Assembly (NCBI GenBank): GCA_001786955.1
Contig: MFUM01000008.1
Span: forward strand, 11,062-75,061
Direction: 5' to 3'
Source of the DNA: Candidatus Nomurabacteria bacterium RIFCSPHIGHO2_12_FULL_42_19
GTDB lineage: Bacteria; Patescibacteriota; Minisyncoccia; Phycocordibacterales; UBA9973
DNA: 64,000 nucleotides
Both the position numbers and the translations under genes were made by a program. Under the pieces are notes generated by a model that was given only the letters and a program-made list of their open reading frames with translations, did not search any database and was not told the DNA's origin. This document shows, in pieces, positions 16,284-26,914 of the stretch (its first letter is position 1; every line of letters starts with the position of its first letter).

Positions 16284-19004
16284 ATGCCGCCATTAAATAA
16301 ATTTACAACCAAAGCCAAAGACGCCATTAAAAAAGCCCATGAGCTGGCTATTGAGCGCGGGATGAACCACGTGTCTTCGCTTCACTTGCTGGCGGCGCTT
16401 TTGCTTCAGGAAGAGTCTATGGTGAATTCTATTTTGGATAAATTAGAGATTGACACGATGCTTTTGACTGATTCCGTCGTGGAACTAATCGAACTGCCGG
16501 AATCGCGCAGTACTCTTTCGCCGTCGTATCAAATTTATCTGAATCCCGATTTAGCCCAAGTCATCGAACAATCGGCCAAATTGGCGGAATATATGAAAGA
16601 CGATTTCGTTTCAACCGAACATCTTTTTATCGCTATCTTGGAAGTCACTAGTGAAGCGCGCGAGACTTTGGCGCGGTTCAGGATCCATAAAGACCAGGTA
16701 ATAAAAGTTTTAGAAGAGCTTCGCAGCCAGAATATCACCGATGTTTCCGAACCGAAAAAATTTAAATTATTGATAAAATACACCCGCAATCTGACCAAGC
16801 TGGCCAAAGAAGACAAGCTGGATCCGGTTATCGGCCGCGATAATGAAATAACCCGCATCATGCAGATACTCTCGCGCCGGACCAAGAATAATCCGATTTT
16901 GATAGGCGAAGCGGGAACTGGCAAGACAGCCGTGGTGGAAGGCCTGGCCCAGATGATTGCAAAAAATAATGTTCCCGAATCTTTAAAAGACAAAGAACTT
17001 GTTTCGCTTGATTTAGGATTGCTCGTGGCCGGCACAAAATATCGCGGAGAGTTTGAGGAAAGGCTGAAAGGCATTATGAAAGAAATTGAGCGGTCCGACG
17101 GAAAAATTATTCTCTTTATTGACGAGATTCATACAATTGTCGGCGCCGGAGGAGCCGAAGGCACGATGGATGCCTCAAATATGCTGAAGCCGGCGCTTTC
17201 TCGCGGGGAATTGCGGGCTATCGGCGCGACGACTTTGCGGGAATATCAGAAGCACATTGAAAAAGATCCGGCTCTGGCCCGCCGATTTCAGCCGGTTTAT
17301 ATTGACGAGCCCAGCGTGGAAGACGCTATTGCCATCCTGCGCGGACTTAAAGAAAAATACGAACTTTTTCATGGTATACGTATTACGGACGATAGCATAA
17401 TTGCCGCGGTCAATCTTTCTTCCCGCTACATCACCAACAGATTCCTACCGGATAAAGCCGTAGATTTGGTTGATGAAGCTTCTTCGTCGCTTAAAATAAT
17501 GCTTGAAAACAAGCCGCCAGTCTTAGAGGACGCGCACAGAAGGACAATGCGTCTAGAAATAGAGAAAGAAGCGCTGAAAAAAGAAATCATTTCTTCAAAT
17601 GGCGGTCAGAAAGATAAGCAAAAAGAAAAGGAAATCAAAAACAGAATTAAAGAAATAGACAAGGAAATAGGCAATTTGTCCGAAAAAACCAGGGAGCTTG
17701 AATTAAAATGGCAGAACGAAAAATCAACCGTAATTGAAATCCGGGCAATCAAGAAAGAATTGGAAAGCATCCGTCTGGAGGCCGAGGATGCGGAAATGAA
17801 AGCGAATCTTTCCCGGGCGGCTGAAATACGCTATGGAAAAATACCTGAGTTGAAAAAAGAACTTGAAATAAAGCTCGCGCGGCTGAAGAAATTGCAAAAA
17901 TCGCGCAGAATTTTGAAAGAAGAAATTACCGCCGAAGATATTGCCGAAGTAGTCGCTCGTTGGACCGGCATACCGCTTACCAAAATGCTTGAAGAAGAGC
18001 GCGAGAAGCTTGATAAGATGGAAACAGAATTAAGGAAAAGAATTGTCGGCCAGGATGCGGCAATCAAGCGGGTTGCCGACGTCATTCGCCGTTCGCGCGC
18101 CGGCATCGGGGATCCGAACCGCCCGATTGGTTCCTTCATATTTTTGGGACCGACCGGGGTCGGCAAGACCGAGCTCACCAAAGCCTTGGGTCAATTCATG
18201 TTCAATGACGACAATGCGATTATCCGGGTAGATATGTCCGAATACATGGAAAGGCATTCAATGTCCAAGCTAATCGGTTCTCCGCCGGGCTATGTGGGTT
18301 ATGATGAAGCGGGTCAGCTGACCGAAGCCGTCCGGCACCGGCCTTATGCCGTCATACTTTTTGACGAAATTGAAAAAGCTCACCCGGAAGTTTTCAATGT
18401 GCTTCTGCAGGTTATCGACGAAGGCAGACTGACTGACGGGAAAGGAAGAGTGGTTAACTTCAAAAACACCATTATTATTCTTACCTCCAATATCGGCTCG
18501 CAATTCGTGGAAAAAATGGAATCAATCGGATTTTCCAATAATTCCAAGAAACAGGATTACGGCAACATGAAGGAAAAAGTTATGGAAGCGTTGAAAGATA
18601 ATTTCCGCCCGGAATTTCTGAATCGCCTGGATGAAATTATTGTTTTTGACGTTTTGTCGGAAGAGTCTCTCAAAGAAATAGTCGGCCTACGGATTAAAAT
18701 AGTCCGGGATCGCCTGGCAGGCAAAGGAATAAATCTTGAAATTTCCGATGAGGCTCTTTCATACTTGGCAAAAGAAGGCTATGACCCGCACTATGGCGCT
18801 CGCCCCCTGAATCGCCTGATTCAAAATAAAATTTTGAATCCAGTCGCTTCATATATCATTTCAAACGGAGTCAAGAAAGGAGATGCTGTTTTTGTGTCTG
18901 TCAAAAATAGTGAACTTGCCATTGAAACCAAAAAAGGCCTGTTCACCGGTAGGCGTGGAAAGATTAAGAGTTCCATTCGCGTACAATCTCATTCTGCGGT
19001 ATAA
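16284..19004 (+). CDS. clpB: ATP-dependent chaperone ClpB
   Basis: Clp-N repeats; two AAA+ modules with Walker A 'GEAGTGKT' and 'GPTGVGKT'; long middle coiled coil between NBD1 and NBD2; 906 aa. Confidence 0.9.
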   Translation: MPPLNKFTTKAKDAIKKAHELAIERGMNHVSSLHLLAALLLQEESMVNSILDKLEIDTMLLTDSVVELIELPESRSTLSPSYQIYLNPDLAQVIEQSAKLAEYMKDDFVSTEHLFIAILEVTSEARETLARFRIHKDQVIKVLEELRSQNITDVSEPKKFKLLIKYTRNLTKLAKEDKLDPVIGRDNEITRIMQILSRRTKNNPILIGEAGTGKTAVVEGLAQMIAKNNVPESLKDKELVSLDLGLLVAGTKYRGEFEERLKGIMKEIERSDGKIILFIDEIHTIVGAGGAEGTMDASNMLKPALSRGELRAIGATTLREYQKHIEKDPALARRFQPVYIDEPSVEDAIAILRGLKEKYELFHGIRITDDSIIAAVNLSSRYITNRFLPDKAVDLVDEASSSLKIMLENKPPVLEDAHRRTMRLEIEKEALKKEIISSNGGQKDKQKEKEIKNRIKEIDKEIGNLSEKTRELELKWQNEKSTVIEIRAIKKELESIRLEAEDAEMKANLSRAAEIRYGKIPELKKELEIKLARLKKLQKSRRILKEEITAEDIAEVVARWTGIPLTKMLEEEREKLDKMETELRKRIVGQDAAIKRVADVIRRSRAGIGDPNRPIGSFIFLGPTGVGKTELTKALGQFMFNDDNAIIRVDMSEYMERHSMSKLIGSPPGYVGYDEAGQLTEAVRHRPYAVILFDEIEKAHPEVFNVLLQVIDEGRLTDGKGRVVNFKNTIIILTSNIGSQFVEKMESIGFSNNSKKQDYGNMKEKVMEALKDNFRPEFLNRLDEIIVFDVLSEESLKEIVGLRIKIVRDRLAGKGINLEISDEALSYLAKEGYDPHYGARPLNRLIQNKILNPVASYIISNGVKKGDAVFVSVKNSELAIETKKGLFTGRRGKIKSSIRVQSHSAV

Positions 19005-19088
19005 AAATCTATTAAAAAAGATGCAAAAATAACAATTTTGTGTTATTTTATACTTGTCCTGCCGAAACTTTAGTGAAGGCGGATGCAC

Positions 19089-19171
19089 GCGTCGGTGGTA
19101 GAGTGGTCAATTACAACAGACTGTAAATCTGTCGCCTTAGGGCTACGAAGGTTCGAATCCTTCCCGACGCA
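19089..19171 (+). tRNA. tRNA-Tyr (anticodon GTA), long variable arm
   Basis: Acceptor GCGTCGG/CCGACGC, anticodon stem ACAGA/TCTGT with loop CTGTAAA, T-arm GAAGGTTCGAATCCTTC, discriminator A. Confidence 0.85.
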
Positions 19172-19247
19172 CAAAAACTTGCAGTTTTTATAAAATTATG
19201 TTATAATATCAAGTAATAAGAAATATAGAGAAAGCCTGAAGGCTTTT

Positions 19248-21152
19248 TTGTTTGATTTATATAAAAATAAAATGGAAATCAGGAACATAGCAATTATAGC
19301 TCACGTGGACCACGGCAAGACGACTTTGACCGATGCGCTGATGAAGCAAAACGGTGGGCTTCAAGACGAGGGAGTATCAATGGATTCGAACGATCTTGAA
19401 AAAGAGCGCGGTATTACCATTTATTCTAAAAACACTTCTATCTACTATAAAGACACGAAAATTAATATTGTTGATACTCCCGGTCACGCGGATTTCGGTT
19501 CAGAAGTAGAACGCGTTCTTCGGGCTGTTGACTCGGTTTTACTGCTAGTCGACAGCGCGGAAGGGCCGATGCCGCAGACCCGGTTCGTTTTGAAAAAGTC
19601 TTTGGAACTGGGGCTGAAGCCGATAGTTGTCATAAATAAAATAGACAAACCAGCTTCCGACCCGCACAGGGTGCACGAGGAAATTCTGGAATTATTTTTT
19701 GAATTGGGGGCTAATGAAGAACAGGCAAATTTTGAAACGGTTTATGCAATCGGGCGCGAAGGACTGGCTTTTAGAAACTACCCCACCCCAACCCTCCCCA
19801 AAGGAGAGGGGGAAATTCACAGTCTCCCCCTTGGGGGGAGAGAAAGAGGGGGTGATCTCTCGCCGCTCCTTGACGTAATTTTGGAAAAAGTTCCGCCGGC
19901 TTCCGTAAATGAAAATGGAAAAATGTCCGCGCAAGTTTTTAATCTGGGTTATGATAATTTCTTGGGTCGGATGGCTGTTGCGCGTATTTATTCCGGAAAA
20001 ATATTGTCCGGAAGTCAGATTTTTGTAAAAGGAGAAAACGGCACAAGAAAGGGAAAAATAACGAAGCTTTTTAGTTTTAAGGGCATAGCGAGAAAAGAAA
20101 CAGATTCGGCAATTTCCGGCGACATCGTTCTTTTGGCCGGAATTCCGGACATATATATCGGGGAAACATTATGCGAAGACGAGAGTATCGAGCCGCTCCC
20201 GCATATCGCCATTGATGAGCCGACTCTTTCTCTCAATTTTTTAGTGAACGATTCTCCGTTTGCGGGTCGGGAAGGGAAATTTGTCACTTCTAGACAGCTT
20301 AAAGAAAGGCTGGAAAAAGAATTGGAAATCAACGTCGGCCTCAAAGTTGATTTTTCCCTGCCTGCGCAGACAGGTCCCGACCAAGGCAAAAATAAAATGG
20401 GTCCGTCTTTTTTCAAGGTATACGGCCGGGGAGAACTTCATGTTGCTATTCTGCTGGAAAATATGCGCCGGGAAGGTTTTGAAATGCAGGTATCCCAGCC
20501 GGAAGTTATTATCAAAGAAAATAATGGAGTTAAGACAGAGCCATATGAAGAGTTGATAGTTGATGTTCCGATGGAATATTCCGGAGGGGCGATTGAAAAA
20601 CTCAGCAAAAGGCGCGGTATTATGAAAGACATGGTGGAAAAAGAGGGCATTGCGAGGATTATTTTTGACATACCGACGCGTGGGCTATTGGGTTATCGCG
20701 GCGAATTTATCATAGATACGAAGGGAGAAGGCATAATGTCTTCGCGGGTTACGGGTTTTAAAGAATACGCCGGAGAAATAAAAAAGCGCGAATACGGTTC
20801 CATGACATCCATGGTCGCCGGCAAGGCAGTAGCTTTTTCCCTTGCAAATTTACAGGAACGTGGTATATTATATATTAGTCACGGAACCGAGGTTTATGAA
20901 GGCATGGTGGTTGGCAATGTTTTAAAAGGGGATGACATGTCGGTGAATCCCACAAAAGGGAAACAGCTTACCAATATGCGGGCTTCCGGCACAGACGAAG
21001 CCATAATCCTGAATCCTGTTTTTATTTTGAATATTGAGCGCGGCCTAGAAGTGATGAACGGAGATGATTATTTGGAAATCACGCCGAAATTTGTTAGACT
21101 CCGCAAGAAGTATCTGACGGAACTTGACCGGGTTAAGGCAAAGAGACAATAG
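19248..21152 (+). CDS. typA: Translational GTPase TypA/BipA
   Basis: 'NIAIIAHVDHGKTTLTDAL', 'DTPGHADF', 'NKIDK'; EF-G-like domain order. Carries an in-frame G/C-rich insert. The start may be the downstream Met at MEIRNIAII. Confidence 0.9.
   Translation: MFDLYKNKMEIRNIAIIAHVDHGKTTLTDALMKQNGGLQDEGVSMDSNDLEKERGITIYSKNTSIYYKDTKINIVDTPGHADFGSEVERVLRAVDSVLLLVDSAEGPMPQTRFVLKKSLELGLKPIVVINKIDKPASDPHRVHEEILELFFELGANEEQANFETVYAIGREGLAFRNYPTPTLPKGEGEIHSLPLGGRERGGDLSPLLDVILEKVPPASVNENGKMSAQVFNLGYDNFLGRMAVARIYSGKILSGSQIFVKGENGTRKGKITKLFSFKGIARKETDSAISGDIVLLAGIPDIYIGETLCEDESIEPLPHIAIDEPTLSLNFLVNDSPFAGREGKFVTSRQLKERLEKELEINVGLKVDFSLPAQTGPDQGKNKMGPSFFKVYGRGELHVAILLENMRREGFEMQVSQPEVIIKENNGVKTEPYEELIVDVPMEYSGGAIEKLSKRRGIMKDMVEKEGIARIIFDIPTRGLLGYRGEFIIDTKGEGIMSSRVTGFKEYAGEIKKREYGSMTSMVAGKAVAFSLANLQERGILYISHGTEVYEGMVVGNVLKGDDMSVNPTKGKQLTNMRASGTDEAIILNPVFILNIERGLEVMNGDDYLEITPKFVRLRKKYLTELDRVKAKRQ
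19779..19856. repeat. G/C-rich palindromic mini-element inserted in-frame in typA (encodes ~NYPTPTLPKGEGEIHSLPLGGRERGG)
   Basis: 'ccccaccccaaccctccccaaaggagagggggaaattcacagtctcccccttggggggagagaaagagggggtg'; self-complementary C5/G5 blocks. Confidence 0.55.
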
Positions 21153-21189
21153 GATTAACTTTAGAAAAAATAACTTTTAACCAATAATT

Positions 21190-22218
21190 ATGTCAGCAAT
21201 ATCTTTCAAGCCTAAAAAAGTCACCAAGAAAATAACTTCGCATCTTCAAGACCGCGCTTCGGACGTGATTATGAATCGTTTTGGCTTGACTTCTGACGGA
21301 AAGAAAAAAACTCTCGAAGAAATCGGCAAAAAATACAATATCACCAGAGAGCGCGTCCGGCAGGTGGAAGATGCAGCTCTGGCTCTCATCAAAAAGTCTA
21401 ACGCCTACAAGGGTGAACAGGCGGTTTTTGAAGAACTGAAGCAATTAATACACAAGCTGGGGTCAATTGTTGCCGAGCACGAACTCTTGTCTTATATTTC
21501 AAAGGACCAAACAACCCAAAACCACATTCATTTTTTCTTGGTGCTGGGCGATGCTTTTAAAAAATACCGTGAAGACGAGCATTTCCACGCCCGCTGGAGC
21601 GTAGATGATGCCATGACCGACAAAGTCCATGATTCTTTGAAGAAGCTTTACGCCAGCCTGAAAGACGAGGACCTTGTTCCGGAAACTGAAATGATTAAGA
21701 AGTTTTTTGACCAAATGAAAGATTTCGCGGAACAATACAAAAACGAAGAAGTGGCCCGCCGATGGCTTTCTATGTCCAAATCTGTCGCGAAAAATCCATT
21801 AGGCGAATGGGGCAAGGCCTCTTCGCCCAATATCCGTACTCGCGGGGTCAAAGATTATGCTTTTCTGGTGATGCGGCGCCATGGCTCGCCGATGCATTTC
21901 AGAGAAGTGGCGGATGCTATCTCTAAAACTTTCGGCAAGAAAACGCACTATGCCACCTGCCACAACGAGCTTATCAAAGATTCCCGGTTTGTTTTGGTCG
22001 GCAGAGGCATGTATGCTCTTGCCGAATGGGGCTATAAGACGGGTATTGCCCGTGAAGTCATTCAGGATATCTTGAGAAGAGAAGGGCCGCTATCCAAAGA
22101 TGAAGTTGTAAAAAAAATGATGAAAGAAAGGTATTTCAAAAAAAATACCATTTTGGTAAATTTGGCTAATCCGAAATATTTCAAGAAAAACAAAAGCGGG
22201 CTTTATACTGTTGTTTAA
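21190..22218 (+). CDS. DNA-binding protein with sigma-70 region-4-like HTH (N-terminal) and HARE-HTH-like domain (C-terminal); hypothetical regulator
   Basis: '[19 protein letters not shown]' is a region-4-like HTH. '[18 protein letters not shown]...[17 protein letters not shown]' resembles the RpoE-delta/HARE-HTH pattern. Confidence 0.4.
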   Translation: MSAISFKPKKVTKKITSHLQDRASDVIMNRFGLTSDGKKKTLEEIGKKYNITRERVRQVEDAALALIKKSNAYKGEQAVFEELKQLIHKLGSIVAEHELLSYISKDQTTQNHIHFFLVLGDAFKKYREDEHFHARWSVDDAMTDKVHDSLKKLYASLKDEDLVPETEMIKKFFDQMKDFAEQYKNEEVARRWLSMSKSVAKNPLGEWGKASSPNIRTRGVKDYAFLVMRRHGSPMHFREVADAISKTFGKKTHYATCHNELIKDSRFVLVGRGMYALAEWGYKTGIAREVIQDILRREGPLSKDEVVKKMMKERYFKKNTILVNLANPKYFKKNKSGLYTVV

Positions 22219-22220
22219 AA

Positions 22221-22300
22221 AACTCTCCCCCAGTCTCTCCCTTGTCAGGGCGAGGAAAAAAGCAGCAAGTTCCCTTGATAAGGGGGACATAGGGGGTTTG
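22221..22300. repeat. G/C-rich palindromic mini-element, intergenic copy
   Basis: 'ctctcccccagtctctccc...tcccttgataagggggacatagggggtttg' contains the CCTTGATAAGGGGG core (reverse complement of the infB copy's ccttatcaagg). Confidence 0.5.
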
Positions 22301-22345
22301 TATTTTTTGCTTTGTATTTTTGCATTTCTGTATTAAAATATAAGC

Positions 22346-23695
22346 ATGATTGATGTTGTGATTTTTTGGGCGTATAAGATATTGATAGGTCTTTTACCTG
22401 TGGCTGGAGTGATAGCGCTTGGGTGGGTTGCTTGGAAATTCTGGGTTCACTACATACAGCAGGATTTTATTTCCGGAATAGACTTTGTCCTGCTTGAAAT
22501 AGTCCCGCCGCGCGATGTTTTACGGAGTCCGAAAGCAATGGAACTTTTTATAACTAATGCTCTTTATCACTGGAGCATGAAAGGAGGCAAGGAAGAATAT
22601 TGGCAAGGAGCCGTATGGTTTTGGTTTTCTCTGGAGATTGCGTCGATTGACGGGCAGGTGCATTTTTACATCCGGACGCCGACGCGCATCAGGGGCTTGA
22701 TTGAAACCCAAATGTATGCCCAATATCCCCAGGCGCAAGTCAAGGCAGTGGAGGACTATACTTTGGGAGTTGATGAGATAACTCCCAAGGGCGCCTGGAA
22801 CGGCTGGGGGTGCGAATTTAAGCTGACGAAACCCGAGGCGTTTCCTATCAGAACTTATGTTGATTATGGATTGGATAAAGACCCGGACGAGGAAGTGAAA
22901 GTTGACCCTATTTCTCCGGTGGTGGAATTTTTCGGGTCGCTAGGGAAAGGAGAACAAGCATGGATGCAGATTATTGTTACACCTTCAAAGAAAGTATATC
23001 GTACTAAGGGGACATTGTTTGGATATCACGACTGGGTTAGAGAATCCAGATTGCAGGTAGAAAAGTTTTTGAAACCTTTTACCCGTTTTCACCCGGACCC
23101 GACCGAACCCGGAAGATATGCGAAAGAAATTCGCGTTCCGGGATTTTTGGATGCTACCATGAAGGCCATGAGCGCGAAAACCTCCAAGCTTGGCTTTGAT
23201 ACCGGGGTTAGGTTAATGTATGTTGCCAAGAAAGAGATATATCCTCCAGGTTCTAGAACCAATAATTCTAGAGATATCCGTTTAGTTTTGCGTCAATATG
23301 CGAAACCTGACTGTAATGAGTTTTATCGCATAAATTCAGCCCAAGGAGATGCTCTTAATAGCAGCATACTTACGCTTTCCCGTTTTCAAGTAATGACTTT
23401 AGCAAATAGAATGCTTCATGAATATCGCGAAAGAGCATTTTTCCATCTCCCTCTTAGGCATCATATTTTTTCCGTACATATTTTTGAAGCTATATTTCCA
23501 AAACCCATTATTCATGCAATATTCATGACTATGATAAAACCATTTTTCTTGCCTTATGTGCACCACAAAACTTTCGTCTTAAATACCGAGGAGTTGGCGA
23601 CGATGTGGCACTTCCCGGGCCAGATTTTGAAAGTTCCTACTCTTGAACGCATTGAGTCCAAGGAAGCTTCTCCTCCTTCGAACTTACCGACTTAA
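22346..23695 (+). CDS. Membrane-anchored hypothetical protein (possibly a detached N-terminal module of the VirD4/TraD-like proteins)
   Basis: N-terminal TM helix, a large soluble domain, and a C-terminus '...TEELATMWHFPGQILKVP'. Confidence 0.3.
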   Translation: MIDVVIFWAYKILIGLLPVAGVIALGWVAWKFWVHYIQQDFISGIDFVLLEIVPPRDVLRSPKAMELFITNALYHWSMKGGKEEYWQGAVWFWFSLEIASIDGQVHFYIRTPTRIRGLIETQMYAQYPQAQVKAVEDYTLGVDEITPKGAWNGWGCEFKLTKPEAFPIRTYVDYGLDKDPDEEVKVDPISPVVEFFGSLGKGEQAWMQIIVTPSKKVYRTKGTLFGYHDWVRESRLQVEKFLKPFTRFHPDPTEPGRYAKEIRVPGFLDATMKAMSAKTSKLGFDTGVRLMYVAKKEIYPPGSRTNNSRDIRLVLRQYAKPDCNEFYRINSAQGDALNSSILTLSRFQVMTLANRMLHEYRERAFFHLPLRHHIFSVHIFEAIFPKPIIHAIFMTMIKPFFLPYVHHKTFVLNTEELATMWHFPGQILKVPTLERIESKEASPPSNLPT

Positions 23696-23698
23696 ATT

Positions 23699-24616
23699 AT
23701 GGAAAATGAAGAATTAAAAAGCTCTAATGGGATGGATAAAACCAGGAAAATTATTTTTTGCTTTTTGGGCGTATTTTTGTTTTTTATTTTAGTTTATATT
23801 TTTACTATTTCTGCTCCAAAGAATTTTCCCAAAGGCGTTATTTTTAACATAGAGCAAGGAGCCAGCTTAAGAAGCGTGTCTTTTAATTTGAAGAAAACGA
23901 ATATCATACGATCCCGTATTTTATTTGAGGCCTTCGTCATTATATATGGCGGAGACAAGCATGTTATTTCTGCTGATTATTTATTTGAAAATAAAATTCC
24001 AGTTTTTGAAGCTGCCAGGCGCATCTCCAGAGGTGAACGCCATTTGGCTCCCGTTAAAATTACGATTCCGGAAGGTTTTACTACCGAAGACATAGCATCC
24101 GCCTGCATTTCCAAGCTTCCATATTTTGATAAAGAAAAATTTTTGCTTTCCGCGAAAGGGTCCGAGGGGTATCTTTTCCCGGATACTTATTTCTTTTTTA
24201 CCACTGCAGACGAGAGAGATGTAATTAAATCCTTAACTGACAATTTTCAGAAGAAAGTTTCTTTTTTAGATAAGGATATAATACAAAATGGCAAGAGCAG
24301 GGAAGACATTATCACAATGGCTTCAATCATCGAGAGGGAGGCAAAGGGGGATATCGATAGGGGAGTCATTTCCGGGATTTTATGGAAAAGGATTAAAATC
24401 GGCATGCCGCTTCAGGCTGATGCTGCGCCCGGGACTTATAAAACAAAAGGATTACCCAAGAGTCCGATTTCAAACCCCGGATTGGAAGCCATAAAAGCGG
24501 CTATTTATCCGCAAAATTCGCCTTATCTTTACTATCTGCACGACAAAAATGGCATTATCCATTATGCGAAAAATTTTACGGAACATATGAAAAATATATC
24601 AAAATACTTAAAATAA
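23699..24616 (+). CDS. mltG: Endolytic murein transglycosylase MltG (YceG-like)
   Basis: N-terminal TM helix; 'EGYLFPDTY' and 'ASIIEREA' signatures of the YceG family. Confidence 0.75.
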   Translation: MENEELKSSNGMDKTRKIIFCFLGVFLFFILVYIFTISAPKNFPKGVIFNIEQGASLRSVSFNLKKTNIIRSRILFEAFVIIYGGDKHVISADYLFENKIPVFEAARRISRGERHLAPVKITIPEGFTTEDIASACISKLPYFDKEKFLLSAKGSEGYLFPDTYFFFTTADERDVIKSLTDNFQKKVSFLDKDIIQNGKSREDIITMASIIEREAKGDIDRGVISGILWKRIKIGMPLQADAAPGTYKTKGLPKSPISNPGLEAIKAAIYPQNSPYLYYLHDKNGIIHYAKNFTEHMKNISKYLK

Positions 24617-24617
24617 A

Positions 24618-25145
24618 ATGAGAAAACACAATTTTGCTTTTATTGACATAGAAACTACCGGACTGGATGTTATTAATCATGAAATCATTGAAATCGGTTG
24701 CGTCTTGACGACACCCGAACTTCAAGTTATAGAAGAATTTGAAATGAAAATAAAGCCGGAACACCTGGAAAATGCCGATCCGGTTTCGCTTAAAATCAGT
24801 CATTACGAGGAGAATTTATGGACGGATGCACTTACACTCAAAGAAGCGATTAAAACATTGTCGGAAAAAGTTCAGGATGCGATTATGGTCGGGCAGAATG
24901 TTGCTTTTGATTCGGGCTTTTTAGAACATGCATTTTCTAAAACCGGAGTAAAAAATAGCATGCATTATCACAAACTAGATACCATTGCTATCGCTTGGGC
25001 GAAGTTTCATCAAGATACGAGCTTCGAGCATTTTTCACTTCGGGAAATGTGCGAGCGTTTCGGCATAAAAAATGAACGCTCTCATACCGCCCTTTCTGAC
25101 GCGCGCGCGACTTTTGAGCTTTACAAAAAGCTGATGTCTATATAG
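24618..25145 (+). CDS. DEDDh 3'-5' exonuclease (DnaQ-like/oligoribonuclease-like)
   Basis: Exo I 'FIDIETTGLD', Exo II 'GQNVAFDSGFL', Exo III 'HTALSDARATFELY'. Confidence 0.7.
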   Translation: MRKHNFAFIDIETTGLDVINHEIIEIGCVLTTPELQVIEEFEMKIKPEHLENADPVSLKISHYEENLWTDALTLKEAIKTLSEKVQDAIMVGQNVAFDSGFLEHAFSKTGVKNSMHYHKLDTIAIAWAKFHQDTSFEHFSLREMCERFGIKNERSHTALSDARATFELYKKLMSI

Positions 25146-25254
25146 AATCAAATTGTCAAACTTTTCGAAACATGAATTTTTCCGGTACGGATTTTTTAAA
25201 GCTTAAAAAATCCTGAAATTCTCGCGCCGTCGCGCTCGAAACCCCTTCAAAATT

Positions 25255-26433
25255 ATGTTTCAAAAAGTTCTATTATTTATGAAGAAAAAAAAAGTATTTG
25301 TCGGACTTTCGGGGGGCGTAGATAGCGCTGTGAGTGCTGCAATCCTGAAGAAAAAAAATTATGAAGTTGTCGGGGTTTTTATCAAAACCTGGCACCCGGA
25401 CTTTTTAATATGCAATGAAGAAGAAGAACGCCGGGACGCTATGCGTGTGGCGGCCTTTTTAGATATCCCATTCCTGGCTTTTGATTTTGAAGATGTATAT
25501 AAAAAAGAAGTTGCCGATTATATGATTAGGGAATATAAAGCCGGCAAAACGCCTAATCCGGATGTGATGTGTAACAAAGAAGTGAAGTTCGGCATTTTTC
25601 TTAAAAAAGCGTTGTCTATGGGGGCGGATTATATAGCGACAGGACATTATGCAAGAGTGAGCGGGGCAGGGAATTCTTTTTCTCGGGAATATCCTGCTTC
25701 GCATCGTCACCACTCAAAAAAGTATTCCCTGCTCCGCTCCCCGGATAACACGAAAGACCAGAGTTATTTTCTTTGGACGCTCAAACAGGAGCAATTAAAG
25801 AAGATTTTATTTCCCATCGGGCATTTAAAAAAAACGAAAGTCCGCAAATTGGCAAAAAAATTCAATTTACCGGTTGCGGAAAAAAAAGACAGCCAAGGCA
25901 TATGCTTTTTGGGCGCGGTGGATTTAAAAGAATTTTTAAAGCATTATATCAAGTCTAAAAAGGGGAAAGTGTTGGACGAAAAAGGAGAAGAAATAGGTTT
26001 TCACGATGGCGTTGCATTTCATACACTGGGAGAAAGGCATGGTTTCACGATTACTAAAAAAAGTCCGGCTGGCGGTCCGTATTACATAGTAGGCAAAAAT
26101 GTAAAGAAGAATATTTTAATTGCTTCTCAAATCCCCCCTGATAAGGGGGGACAAAGGGGGGTTGAATTTAAAAAACCCCTCCCGACCTCCCCTTATCAAG
26201 GGAGGCTAAAAATACAAATAGAAAATACAAATTGGATTACTAAAGTCCCAAACCCAAAAAAGACTTACACGGCTCAAATCCGCTATCATGGCGAATTTTT
26301 ACCCTGCAAAGTAATTTGCGCAAAGTCGAATTTTGCACAGGTGATTTTTGAAAAGCCGATTTTAGTTGCCTCCGGCCAGTCTTGTGTTGTTTATGACAAA
26401 GATATTTGCTTGGGCGGGGGAGTAGTTGTATGA
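25255..26433 (+). CDS. mnmA: tRNA-specific 2-thiouridylase MnmA
   Basis: PP-loop 'VGLSGGVDSAV'; catalytic Cys regions 'NPDVMCNKE' and 'SQGICFLG'. Carries an in-frame G/C-rich insert. Confidence 0.85.
   Translation: MFQKVLLFMKKKKVFVGLSGGVDSAVSAAILKKKNYEVVGVFIKTWHPDFLICNEEEERRDAMRVAAFLDIPFLAFDFEDVYKKEVADYMIREYKAGKTPNPDVMCNKEVKFGIFLKKALSMGADYIATGHYARVSGAGNSFSREYPASHRHHSKKYSLLRSPDNTKDQSYFLWTLKQEQLKKILFPIGHLKKTKVRKLAKKFNLPVAEKKDSQGICFLGAVDLKEFLKHYIKSKKGKVLDEKGEEIGFHDGVAFHTLGERHGFTITKKSPAGGPYYIVGKNVKKNILIASQIPPDKGGQRGVEFKKPLPTSPYQGRLKIQIENTNWITKVPNPKKTYTAQIRYHGEFLPCKVICAKSNFAQVIFEKPILVASGQSCVVYDKDICLGGGVVV
26131..26207. repeat. G/C-rich palindromic mini-element inserted in-frame in mnmA (encodes ~IPPDKGGQRGVEFKKPLPTSPYQGRL)
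   Basis: 'atcccccctgataaggggggacaaaggggggttgaatttaaaaaacccctcccgacctccccttatcaagggagg'; contains both orientations of the CCTTATCAAGG/CCCTGATAAGGGG core. Confidence 0.55.
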
Positions 26434-26914
26434 TATATCTATGACTCAATTTTTTGCACAAAATAGTGAAATTATTATTAGATTATTAATAGCGGGAGGT
26501 CTTGGATTATTAATAGGGGGGGAAAGGCTTTTTGTACACAAAGAAGCCGGCATGAAGACTCATGCGCTTGTGTCGATGGGTTCAGCTTTGTTTGTAATTA
26601 TTTCGGAAATGATTGCCATTAAATATTCCAGTATTGGAGGTTTTGATCCGACGAGAATTGCTTCACAAATCATTGTCGGTATTGGATTTTTGGGCGCCGG
26701 GTCAATAATGTTACAAGGCTCCAGATTGAAAGGTCTAACCACAGCCAGTGGCCTCTGGGTAACAGCCGGCATAGGTATGGCTGCCGGTTTTGGATTTTTT
26801 AGTTTGGCTGTTATAACCATGGTTCTTGTGCTTTTTGTTTTTGTAGTTGTGAATAAATTTGAGAAGCCTATTAGAAAAATTTCCGAGAACAGTGAAGAGC
26901 AAGATTTTAATTAA
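26426..26914 (+). CDS. MgtC/SapB family membrane protein
   Basis: 'RLLIAGGLGLLIGGER' and 'AGMKTHALVSMGSALF' are characteristic of MgtC. Confidence 0.7.
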   Translation: MYDISMTQFFAQNSEIIIRLLIAGGLGLLIGGERLFVHKEAGMKTHALVSMGSALFVIISEMIAIKYSSIGGFDPTRIASQIIVGIGFLGAGSIMLQGSRLKGLTTASGLWVTAGIGMAAGFGFFSLAVITMVLVLFVFVVVNKFEKPIRKISENSEEQDFN

